Source of the DNA: Azolla caroliniana | Lineage: Eukaryota > Plantae > Polypodiophyta | Direction: 5' to 3' | Length of the DNA stretch: 64,000 nucleotides | NCBI GenBank assembly: GCA_043228905.1 | Contig: JBHGNT010000014.1 | Location: 186,001 to 250,000 of the forward strand | In this document: in pieces, positions 1 through 10,566 of the stretch | Numbering within the stretch: the first letter of the stretch is position 1 | Layout of the letters: each line of letters starts with the position of its first letter | Translations under genes and position numbers: made by a program | Notes under the pieces: model-generated | What the model was told of the DNA's origin: nothing | The model's database searches: none | What the model saw: only the letters and a program-made list of their open reading frames with translations

Positions 1-2946
1 GATCCTGCGGTTCAATTTTATTATTTTAATATTGACGCCACACAATTACCACATTTTGAGCAACGATTACTCGACTCTATTTTAGAGGATTTTCAAGATG
101 TGTTTCCTACTGAATTACCGCTTACTTTACCACCTAAACGTAATGTGGACCATCAAATTGAACTCATCCCTGGGGCTGCTCCTGTGAGCATTCCACCTTA
201 CCGACTTAGTCGATTAGAAGAGGATGAGATCGCTAAACAACTTAAGGAATACTTGAGTATGGGCCACATTAGGTATAGTAAATCACCTTGGGGTGCGCCA
301 GTTCTATTAGTCAAGAAGAAGGAAGGTTCGTGGCGAATGTGTATCAATTATCGCCGTTTGAATAAAATGACAATTAAGAATGCATATCCATTACCTCGTG
401 CCGATGATTTGATTGATCGTTTGCACGGGGCTCGATATTTTACGAAAATTGACTTACGAACTGGTTATCATCAGATTCGCATCGCCGAGGATGATATTCC
501 TAAAACCGCTTTTCGTACGCGCTATGGCCATTATGAGTTTTTAGTCATGCCATTTGGGTTGACTAATGCTCCAGCCACATTCCAACAAGCGATGAATGAT
601 GTTTTCCGAGATCAACTCGGTGATTTTGTTGTCGTCTTCTTGGATGATATTTTGATATATAGCCGTACCTTGCAAGATCATGTTCAACATGTTCGATTTG
701 TTTTGCGAAAGTTGCGTGACAACTCTTTCTATGCAAAACATTCAAAATGTGACTTCTTCCAAAAATCTATTGTGTACCTAGGTCATTTAATTACAGAAAA
801 TGGCGTTGAAATTGAACCTTCTCGTATTGAAAAGGTTAAACTTTGGCCCATTCCTCGTAATATTCGTGAACTTAGATCATTCTTAGGGTTTGTTGGATTT
901 TTACGAAAATCAATTCGTAACTATTCCAAATTGACTACGCCATTAACTGACCTTTTAAAAGGTCATCCACGTAAGTCTGTCAAACCAATTTCATGGAATG
1001 AACAACTTGACAAATCATTTGAGACACTCAAGGAGCATGTGTGTCAGGCTCCCACTCTTCTATTACCAGACCCTTCTAAGCCTTTCTTAATTGAAACCGA
1101 TGCTATTGATTATGCTATTGGTGCCGTTCTTTATCAAGGTGGTCACCCTATCGCTTTTGAAAGTAAGAAGCTTGATGCTGCTCAATCTCGGTATTCGGTT
1201 CAAGAGAAAGAGTTGTTTGCGGTGATACACGCACTTAAAACATGGAGGCACTATCTCTATGGAAATAAATTTGTGGTTACAACAGACCATCAATCATTAA
1301 AGTATTTTTGTGACCAGCCCGATCTTGTTGGTCGTAAAGGCCGTTGGGCTGACCTTATGCAAGATTTTGATTTTTCCATACGATATTGCAAGGGTTCTAT
1401 GAACACCGTTGCTGATGCTCTTAGTCGCATTAAAGAAGTTAACATGCTTAGCTTCACGGAAATAAAATCTGATCTTTTAGATCACCTTCGAGGGAAATAC
1501 CTTGATGACAGTTATTTCTCAAAATACTGGACGAAAGCCGAATCTGGTTTAGATGCCGATACTAGCACCCTACCCTCGAAGGCGACCTTTCACATTACAA
1601 ACGGTTTGCTCTACTGTAGTGGAAAGGTCTGTGTTCCAGATTTACCAAATGTTAAACAGAAAATTTTTCATGAATGTCATGATGCACCATCTGCTGGTCA
1701 TCCTGGAATACAACGCACACTCGTTCTCATCTCGTGTACTTTTTTCTGGCCTAAGATGCGCTCTGACGTGCATAAATGCGTAACTCAATGCTTACAATGT
1801 CAGATTAATAAGTCGGAACGACTTAAAGCTGCTGGTCTTTTACATCCCTTAGATATTCCCAACAATAAATGGGAAAGTATCTCGATGGATTTTATTGTTA
1901 GTTTACCTCGTACACAGAGGGGTCATGATGCCATATGGGTTGTCGTTGACAGGCTAACAAAATTAGCTAGATTTATTCCTACAAAAACCACGGTAACCGC
2001 TCAACAGTTGGCTTATCAATTTGTTGATGAGTTATTTCGTTTTTATGGATTACCGATGGATATTGTTAGTGATCGAGATTCCAAGTTTACTAGTGACTTT
2101 TGGACTCAGGTCTTTAAGAAACGAGAAACTACGTTGAGCATGAGTTCCGCAGATCATCCTCAGTCTGATGGACAAACTGAACGAGTTAATCAAATTATTG
2201 AGGACATGCTTCGAGCTTATGTAGCAAAAACCCCTTCTAAGTGGGAGCAATACCTTCCTATCTTAGAATTTGCCTATAATAGCTCTAAACATACATCCAC
2301 TGGATATAGTCCTTTTATGTTGATGTATGGTTTTCAGCCACGTGCCCCAGTTGATGTCACGATTCATCGTGATACATTAGACAGTACACGCAATTTTTTG
2401 CAAGACATGAACCAAATGTTGCATATTGCCAAAGAAAATGTCAAGACAGCTCAAGATCGTGCTCGATTTTATGCTGATCAGGATAGATGTCCTCGTGCAT
2501 TTACTATTGCTCAAAAAGTTTTTTTGCGTGTCCCGACTGATTCTACGTCATTATCTACGGGCAAGTGCGCTAAGTTAGCCCCACGATATTGTGGCCCATT
2601 TGAAATCCTTAAGCGAGTTGGGTCATCTGCTTATCACCTTGCCTTACCTCGTAACGTTGGTATTCATCCTGTTTTTCACGTCAGTCGTCTAAAACCATTT
2701 TTAGGCTCTGGTGATAACACCATCACAATCCAAGATCTTGTAACATTAGAGGATTTTTCTTACAAACCTCATGTTCCTGAACGAATTCTTGATTCTCGTA
2801 CTAAACGTTTACGTTCTAAAGAGATTCGGCTATTCAAGATCAAATGGATGGATAAACCTATTGATGATGCCACATGGGAACGCGAGCATTCGCTTAAGGC
2901 ACAATTTCCTCACTTTATATTGCAAGAGTGCAATCTTTTGAAGTAG
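1..2946 (+). CDS. pol: Pol polyprotein (RT, RNase H, integrase, chromodomain); frame is open from base 1
   Basis: LTNAPATFQ and FLDDILIYS (RT), ETDA and VTTDHQSL (RNase H), HHCC finger, [17 protein letters not shown] (integrase), GPF motif, IKWMDKP..ATWE (chromodomain). Confidence 0.96.
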   Translation, partial: DPAVQFYYFNIDATQLPHFEQRLLDSILEDFQDVFPTELPLTLPPKRNVDHQIELIPGAAPVSIPPYRLSRLEEDEIAKQLKEYLSMGHIRYSKSPWGAPVLLVKKKEGSWRMCINYRRLNKMTIKNAYPLPRADDLIDRLHGARYFTKIDLRTGYHQIRIAEDDIPKTAFRTRYGHYEFLVMPFGLTNAPATFQQAMNDVFRDQLGDFVVVFLDDILIYSRTLQDHVQHVRFVLRKLRDNSFYAKHSKCDFFQKSIVYLGHLITENGVEIEPSRIEKVKLWPIPRNIRELRSFLGFVGFLRKSIRNYSKLTTPLTDLLKGHPRKSVKPISWNEQLDKSFETLKEHVCQAPTLLLPDPSKPFLIETDAIDYAIGAVLYQGGHPIAFESKKLDAAQSRYSVQEKELFAVIHALKTWRHYLYGNKFVVTTDHQSLKYFCDQPDLVGRKGRWADLMQDFDFSIRYCKGSMNTVADALSRIKEVNMLSFTEIKSDLLDHLRGKYLDDSYFSKYWTKAESGLDADTSTLPSKATFHITNGLLYCSGKVCVPDLPNVKQKIFHECHDAPSAGHPGIQRTLVLISCTFFWPKMRSDVHKCVTQCLQCQINKSERLKAAGLLHPLDIPNNKWESISMDFIVSLPRTQRGHDAIWVVVDRLTKLARFIPTKTTVTAQQLAYQFVDELFRFYGLPMDIVSDRDSKFTSDFWTQVFKKRETTLSMSSADHPQSDGQTERVNQIIEDMLRAYVAKTPSKWEQYLPILEFAYNSSKHTSTGYSPFMLMYGFQPRAPVDVTIHRDTLDSTRNFLQDMNQMLHIAKENVKTAQDRARFYADQDRCPRAFTIAQKVFLRVPTDSTSLSTGKCAKLAPRYCGPFEILKRVGSSAYHLALPRNVGIHPVFHVSRLKPFLGSGDNTITIQDLVTLEDFSYKPHVPERILDSRTKRLRSKEIRLFKIKWMDKPIDDATWEREHSLKAQFPHFILQECNLLK

Positions 2947-2953
2947 GGGAGTA

Positions 2954-3427
2954 TGTTATGTACACATAACGTGGGTGAGGGTAGGTCACTAATATTTACA
3001 TTAGTGAAGGGTATGTTCACTATTATTAAAAAGGGGACTAATGATTGGATAGAATGAATGATATGTGCATGCACTATCATGATTTAGACAACCAATGAAT
3101 AGAGAGCCTTTTAGAAAGGCACATCTATTCAAGGGGCCTAGGAAAAGGTATAAATATGAGGCTTAGCTACCCTCATAGAGATCATCACGTCGGAAGGCTA
3201 CTGTCGTAGACACCGGTGGTGCGGGCTAGGCTTTCGTCTCGACGATCGTGTTTATCTCTTCCAAGGTATTAGTCATCCTAATATCCGGCGGTATGGGACG
3301 TCGGTGGTAGGTTGGCTATGTCTAGATCATAGCTCGGGGGTGGTCGGGTGGAACGGGTTCTTCTATCCAATCTATTTTCTTCCTTTTTACTTGATTTGGT
3401 CTATTGATTAGTAATAGACTCTTAACA
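2954..3427 (+). repeat. 3' LTR of element A
   Basis: Starts TGTTA right after the PPT, ends TAACA, TATAAAT at ~3149; the partner LTR is not in the window. Confidence 0.75.
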
Positions 3428-4686
3428 CTAGATGAGACCACAAGTCATATTTTCATAATCCTTTTTACTTCATGCTCTCATTGACAACAATACCCACATC
3501 TAGTAAACATTGCCCACGATGAAGCTCAGGGCCATATCTTTGCAATGCATCGAGGTGCTAGTGATGAAAAAAATGTATTCGCTCGATACAATACATTTTC
3601 TGTCTATAATCATTATCATTGTTATGGTCCCATGCTAATAGCTTGACCTCTTCATGAGTTAGACCTATGTATACTTTGCACTCAACGTACTTGAAGAATG
3701 GGGTCATATGATATTCTTTCACACGTTGACGTTGACGGTTTTGGTAGTGTCTCCGCTTTCTTAATCATCAATTACCCTACAACAATAAAAATCCTAGGAA
3801 AAAAACTAGTATAGATATAGTCATTGCCATTTATAGGATTTGTTCTCTCCCATCTCTATTTCTTTCAACAATATTGATAATAAAGAATCAATAAAACGTC
3901 ATCAAATTCCACTAAAGTTTCGCTATTTTCCATGGATCCACTTACTTTATCAAATAACTCATCCTTATTCTTAGATAATGAATACAAATATGTACCTAAC
4001 CAGGATGCTCAACCTCAACTGACGAATTGTGATGTTATGCCTAGCTTAAATGTAGTTTTCTCAATCAATCCTGGACCAACTCAAGTGAAAGTATGGAACA
4101 AACTACTGCGTCCAGTGATGAGGCAAAACCTCCCTGTCATAGCCCACACTATTTATTATCACTTAACACTCCATTACCTATCACTATCTCCCTCTGTCTC
4201 CCCTCCCTAGCTCCCATTATTCTCTCTTTTTACCCTCCCATGTTGTATATGATACTATATTGATGAGCTCATTTTAGGGTTTAGGGTTAGTAATTGGTAA
4301 ACCTTGAATCCTTTTAGTATCATTCTTAAATGTCTCAATGGGAAGTATGGTATTTGAGTAATTGGTGAACTCTATGCCAACTCCATGATATCCATTGCAA
4401 ATCCAAAAACATAATTAAAAAATACATGAATTACATATGTCAAATGGATAGATGGATGGATAAATATATTTAATTATTGTATTTGGATGTCAAATATGAT
4501 CTATGAGATCAAAGATATAATGATTTCGCTTTATACATGTGAAAGTGAGTAACAACTTTTGATATTCAAGAAATTTACAAATGAAGTCACAATTTAGAGT
4601 GGACATTGTGAATGTGGGTAAATTCATGCAAGGATTGGGTTTGGTCGAAAATGTGTGGAAAGTAGGGCATTTTATGGAAAGAGCGT

Positions 4687-5386
4687 TGTCGTGAAGATTT
4701 TCGTCCATAGGCGGAAAACCGAGCGAAGCAAGCAAACCCGCGATGTGCAACGTTGCACATCAACATGTTGTATTTCTATTTATCGATAGTGATAAGTATG
4801 GTGCTAGAAATGCACCTTAGGATTTGTAAAGTGTAAAGGTGATGTGCTTTTGCGCGCACATCCACGTGAGAGAGAGAGATAGGTACATAGTAGTTCGTGT
4901 AGAGGTGGGAGTTAAGACCCATCCTTCCCACCTCCCCTAAAATCAAGGGAAATATCCCCATTGATTGAAAAGGGGATATTTTGTAGCACCCTTTTTGAAA
5001 ACGGTCTTCTCTCCTTGTGCTATAAAAGGAGAGGAAGAGCACCATTGTGGGGGTTGCCTTATTTTGAGTGGGAGTGAGGTATACCATTTCGTTTTAGGGT
5101 TAGGGTTTCGTTTAGGGTTCCTTAGTCAGGGTTTCTTTCCTTCTTCGTCGGATTAGGGTTTCGGGTTTATCATAGTCGTTTGGTGCGGCCTACGCGGCCG
5201 CCATTTTGTAATCGGTTTTCGGTTCTAATATATCTTGTTGAGCATTTGGCCTCCATCTTCCTCTTGTTCATTCTTCCTCCTCTTGTGCTAAGCTCCATTC
5301 CGAAGTCCTATTCCTTCTCCCCTTCTCCTTAGTCCAAGACCCCCGTGGTTCCGCCCTTCTCCACGCACGCGCGTAACAACGCGACA
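4687..5386 (+). repeat. 5' LTR of element B
   Basis: Near-identical direct repeat of 8953-9652; TATAAAA at ~5020 followed by TTAGGGTT telo-box-like motifs. Confidence 0.97.
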
Positions 5387-5390
5387 TCTT

Positions 5391-5407
5391 TGGTGAACCC
5401 GACGTGA
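5391..5407 (+). promoter_or_regulatory. Primer binding site complementary to the 3' end of tRNA-Trp
   Basis: TGGTGAACCCGACGTGA is the reverse complement of TCACGTCGGGTTCACCA, the plant tRNA-Trp 3' end as I recall it; the same motif occurs at 16911, 33949 and (minus strand) 56035. Confidence 0.85.
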
Positions 5408-5428
5408 AGGGCGGCAAGGGAGAAAGAG

Positions 5429-8400
5429 ATGGAAGAAGGCTTCGACTTCGAGGAGATGATGACAAAGATCTTGATGGACGCCGGACGAAAGAGGGCGAGG
5501 TGAGAGGCGGCTCAACAAGCGGTCGAAAGGGTGGTCCGTCTAGTCGGCCGGTTCGATGGGAAGGAGGTCCCAAAATTTTTGAGAGCCTACGATGCGGAAA
5601 TGACGGGGATGGGCGTGGACGAAGCGACGAGGCTAGAGTTCTTTCGTCGAGCGGCGGCCGCATCAAAGTACGAGGAGGTCAAGAAGCTCCAAGAAGCTCA
5701 CGAATCGTGGGAGTCCTTTGAAGGGGCTCTAATGGAGGCATACGGGTGCGCGGAATCGGAGGTAGGAGGTCGGCGAGAGTTCGATCGGTGGGTGGCGTCG
5801 GTGAGGCGCCATCGGAGCGCAATAGAGGCATTCCGAGAGTTCGAGCGTCGTTTCTCTCAACTCTCGGAGTGGGAACGAAGATCGGTGGGGGCGGACAAAG
5901 TCCTCCTATTTTTGGAGACGGTCCATCATGAGGAGAGGATGGACATCATGTTCGAGCTTCAAGACGATTATGGGGCGCATGGTCTCACCGAGGAGTGGCC
6001 CGAAGTGGAATGGGTGTGTCGGCAACATGAGGCAAGGCGGTCGGCCACAACACGGCCCGCGAGCGGGGGAGAAGAGAGAGCGACGACCGACTACGCCATG
6101 CCGCCGGACGAGAGCTCATCGCGAACCGGTTTGGAGGGGCTCGACCTACAAGCGCTAATACGGGAGGCGTGCGGGCTCGTAATGGCGAAAATCGAAGTCG
6201 AAGAATGGCTTATTGCGGGGTCGGGCCCGAGCGGATCGGAGGACGCGGAGGAAGGAGCTTCCTCACACATGGAGGACGGGGCCTATGCGGAGGCCGAAAG
6301 GGAATGGTACATCGGTACCACGGGAGAGGGTGCGGAGCAAGCGACCGTCTCATCTCGGGGAAAAAGAACGGCCATGGACGAGGCCGATATCTACGGAGTG
6401 ATGGACGCCACTTCGAGAGTGGGCGGAAGTTTCGGGACGCGGTTGCCCGAAACGTTCTACGAGGATTTCGCGAGCATACTCGAGGCTTGCGAAATAGAGG
6501 AAGAAGAGGAGACGAGCGTCGGTGTCGCGACCTTCCACACACCGGCCCTAGAGGCTTCGGCGGTCGGCCCGAGTGCCGGCACGAGACCTGGAGCTACGGA
6601 CGGTGGCGGCGGCAAGGCGGACAACCGAGATAAGGACGAGACCGGCGAAGAAGAGGCGGCGGCAAGCATACTCGATGCTTGCGAAACCGAAGACGGGGTA
6701 GCCACGGACGACGATGTCCGAATGGAGGTGGCTACGGACGAGAGGAGTGGTGGTGTCGCGACCTTCCACACACCGGTCCTAGAGACTCCGGCACCCGGCC
6801 CGAGAGCCGGCGAGAGGCCTAGAGTGACGGACGGTGGCGGCGGTAAGGCGGGCAAACAAAATGACGCGGAGAACGGCGAAGAAGAGGTGGTGGCAAGCAT
6901 ACTAGAGGCTTGCGGAATCGGAGATGGGGGAGCCGCGGACAACGACGTCCGAACGAAAGCGGCTACGGAGACAACAAGCGGCGGTGCCGGGTCCTTACCC
7001 ACACCAATCCTAGAGGCTCCAATGGCCGGCCCGAGTGCCGGCATGAGGCTTAGTGCGACGGGAGGTGACGGCGGCGAGGCGGGCAACGGAAACGAGAAGG
7101 AAGATTGGAGCGGACGGAGGCAAGACCCCTTGGCACCGGGGCCGGAGACTTCGGCGGTTGTGCTCGAATGCCAACGTGAGCTCGGAGAGATGGGCGGTGA
7201 CCGTGAGGAGGTGAGGCCCGGAGAGAGCGCATACGAAGACGAGTATGCGGGGCCCGGAATGGGCGTATACGGTGGGTCCGACGGAGAGGACCGGAGCGGA
7301 AACGAGGAGAGAGTCGGGAACCGACCCGACCGGAATACAGCACGGAAGAAGAAGAGAGTAAGGGCCGGCGAACCGGGCCCAAACCGAAGGAAGCCGGCAA
7401 GACCGATTGGCCGGTTACGGTTACGGTTACGGTTACGATGGGAGCCGGTAAGCGCGAGATGGAGGCTAACCGGGCACGACGACCATGGTTCGGGGGAAAA
7501 ACGGAAACAAACGAGACCCTCCATACCCACTCTAGAGACTACGGCGGTTGCGGATCAACATAAGACCGGAGAGACGGCGGGTGGCGGCGAGGAGTCGGAG
7601 GCCGGAGCGTACGAGGTTACCGGAACGGATATCCGGTACGAGATGGTGGACGGGTGGGTCCAAGACGGCGAGCCCGTGTCGGAACGGGCTACGGCGACAA
7701 AGGAGGAGAAGACCGACACGGAGGTCGGGTCTACGGCGGAAGAGCGAGACGAGATGCATGCAATACGGCCGATGGAGGGCCAAGACACAAGCATGCCTAC
7801 GAAGGAGCCATATCGAGCGACCGAAGATGACGGTCGGATCACGCCTTCGAGAGGCGAATACGAGGAGGGAGGCGGCGACGACGAGACCTGGCACGAAGCT
7901 AGGGAAGATTGGTGGGAAGAGGTGGCCTACGGAGAGGCTAAGACCGGCGGCCACGAAGATAAGGCCCGAGAGGGATCCTCCACACCGGCTAGAGAGACTC
8001 CGGCGGTCGGCGCGAGTGCCGACGTGAGACCAAGAGTGGCGGACGGTGGCGGCGAGGGGACGAAGGCCACAACGGATGAAGGCACCGAGAGAGGCATACG
8101 GGAGGTCGCGGAGAACGAAGATGTATACGCCCAAAAGAACGAACACGACATCACGAAGGATGTGTGCGGTCGAGCGGGCCAAGAGGGCCAAGAGGGTGTT
8201 CCTCCGAGCGAAACGGAGGTCGGGGAAGAAAGGTACCTTTCCGAAAGGGTACGCGAAGAGGAGCGGAATGAGAAACGTGCAATGCGGCCGCATGAGGGCC
8301 AAGCAACGAGTACGGGAATGATGGTATGCTCTACGGCGAAAGAGCATGGAAGGCGAAGGGAAGGCGGAAGATGCGTGATGGGGACGTCGAAGGACCGAAG

Positions 8401-8941
8401 CACGAGCACGCATTCGGGGGAGAGCACCGACATACGGGGAAAGCCTACGGAAGGCAATCGCGGAGCGGAGAGAGTCGGCACGCCGAGGTGTGCGGCACGG
8501 GAAAGGCGGAATCCGGCGTGCAGCCAGAGAGATCGGGAGAGCATCCGGAGGCTATACGAGGCGGACAAAAGAAGAGCAGCCGGGTCGGCAACGGCGTTCG
8601 GGAGGACCGATCGGGGAAGAAAGCGCGGGCATCGGAAGCGGCGGTCCGGATGTAGACGGTGGTTCGAGGAATCACGGTGGACGTGGCGGATCGGGTGGAG
8701 GCAACGACTCGGCGAACGTCGTCAAGTGTGGCGGATCGGATGGAGCCGACGGTTCGAGACCATTCGGCGGAGATGGTGGGCCGGAAGGCGACGGTGGTTC
8801 GTGTGGACGGGGTGGACTTGCTCGAAGTGGAAGACGAAGCCGGGCAAGCCCACGAGGTTGTCAAGAGCTCGGTTGGCCGCCTTGGCCGAAAATCTCGCGT
8901 TTTGTTCCCCTTTTGGCACATACCGGTGGATGTGCGGTTAG
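5429..8941 (+). CDS. Gag-like N-terminus fused to a long acidic repetitive region and an Arg/Trp-rich tail; one in-frame TGA at 5501, then open from 5504 to 8941
   Basis: GRFDGKEVPKFLRAY aligns with GRFSGKDATSYLASY of the Gag of elements D/E; ATG at 5429 is in frame; no PR/RT/RH/INT motifs. Confidence 0.8.
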
Positions 8942-8952
8942 GTGGGGGCGGA

Positions 8953-9652
8953 TGTCGTGAAGATTTTCGTCCATAGGCGGAAAACTGAGCGAAGCAAGCA
9001 AACCCGCGATGTGCAACGTTGCACATCAACATGTTGTATTTCTATTTATCGATAGTGATAAGTATGGTGCTAGAAATGCACCTTAGGATTTGTAAAGTGT
9101 AAAGGTGATGTGCTTTTGCGCGCACATCCACGTGAGAGAGAGAGATAGGTACATAGTAGTTCGTGTAGAGGTGGGAGTTAAGACCCATCCTTCCCACCTC
9201 CCCTAAAATCAAGGGAAATATCCCCATTGATTGAAAAGGGGATATTTTGTAGCACCCTTTTTGAAAACGGTCTTCTCTCCTTGTGCTATAAAAGGAGAGG
9301 AAGAGCACCATTGTGGGGGTTGCCTTATTTTGAGTGGGAGTGAGGTATACCATTTCGTTTTAGGGTTAGGGTTTCGTTTAGGGTTCCTTAGTTAGGGTTT
9401 CTTTCCTTCTTCGTCGGATTAGGGTTTCGGGTTTATCATAGTCGTTTGGTGCGGCCTACGCGGCCGCCATTTTGTAATCGGTTTTCGGTTCTAATATATC
9501 TTGTTGAGCATTTGGCCTCCATCTTCCTCTTGTTCATTCTTCCTCCTCTTGTGCTAAGCTCCATTCCGAAGTCCTATTCCTTCTCCCCTTCTCCTTAGTC
9601 CAAGACCCCCGTGGTTCTGCCCTTCTCCACGCACGCGCGTAACAACGCGACA
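8953..9652 (+). repeat. 3' LTR of element B
   Basis: Direct repeat of 4687-5386, followed by TSD GCGT. Confidence 0.97.
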
Positions 9653-10566
9653 GCGTTGTATCAAAGTGTGATACTCGATTTGTTGATTTGTTTATGGCTC
9701 AAGATGATAAAGAATGAATCAGAAATTAAAAGGTTATACTTTTGCCTTTATACCCTTAGGGCATTCTTCTTTGTTTTAGAGTCTCCCTCTTTCATCTTAC
9801 AATGACGTTAGTGTCGTCAAACCATGTTCTTGAAAGTTGACACTAAGTGATTGACCAATACATAACATCATCAATATCTAATAAAGTTTGCTAATCATCA
9901 TCTTAGTAACCTTATGTACATATTGCCTCTCTCTCTTTCTTATCATTGATACACATTCTAGAATTATCATATGTTGTAAAACTTCATTACATAATGAGTT
10001 TTATATTGCATGTAGAAATATAGTTGTAGTATTGAATAAGAATCGACAACAGCTTGGCTCAAGCCTAAACTGAGTTGTTAGACCACTTTAATAAAATGGT
10101 TTAGTGTTTAGTGGCATGATTCAGCTCAACTAAGGCTTGAGCCTCCTTAAAAGGTTTGAGCTCGGTGTGGTTCGGCTTGACTCCTCCTACTCCATATTAA
10201 GTCGGTTGTGACTCCTTGTAACGCTATTTTGTATCTCATATTCTACTTGTTAATATACATCTCCTTCTTCTTCTTGAGTACTTCATATTGTCTCTTATCT
10301 ATCTTGTGTTTCTCTCCTCTCCTCTCTCCTCTCACACATACACACATAACGTACATCTCTTCCGCTTCACAAGAATCACCATTGATTCTTTACATGGTAT
10401 TAGAGTGATTTGGTAGCTCGATTTAGCCCACTCACCTCATCGTGATCGTGTGTTGTGCTCTACGCCGACGTTCAAGAAGAACCAACTCATCGCTATTGTT
10501 GTGTGACTACATAGCTCGTGTTCGAGAGAGAAGGAAAAGAAAAGAAGGAAGAAATCTACATCAACA

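Larger units (their letters stand above)
1..3427 (+). mobile_element. Ty3/Gypsy chromovirus LTR retrotransposon, 3' part (element A; 5' end lies outside the window)
   Basis: Intact RT-RNaseH-integrase-chromodomain ORF, purine tract AGGGGAG at ~2945-2951, then an LTR-like block TGTTA...TAACA. Confidence 0.93.
4687..9652 (+). mobile_element. Non-autonomous tRNA-Trp-primed Gypsy-type LTR element (element B) with a single Gag-fusion ORF and no pol
   Basis: 700-bp LTRs 4687-5386 and 8953-9652 (TGTCG...CGACA; three C/T differences seen by eye), 4-bp TSD GCGT, PBS at 5391, PPT GGTGGGGGCGGA at 8941-8952. Confidence 0.95.

Noticed and set aside
4271-4290. TTTAGGG telomere-like repeats (also in the B LTRs)
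   Set aside because: Only two or three degenerate units; telo-box scale, not an interstitial telomere array
3428-4686. Short ORFs (3932-4210, 4490-4750)
   Set aside because: AT-rich with no recognisable domain; likely chance ORFs or unrecognisable relics
4682-4686. 5-bp TSD reading (AGCGT, AGCGG) for the Trp family
   Set aside because: It would use the terminal A of the LTR; elements D and E have T before the 4-mer, which fixes the TSD at 4 bp
6457-8568. Long antisense ORFs (357, 293 and 213 aa) in element B
   Set aside because: Ser/Pro-rich mirror images of the GC-rich sense ORF with no recognisable motifs
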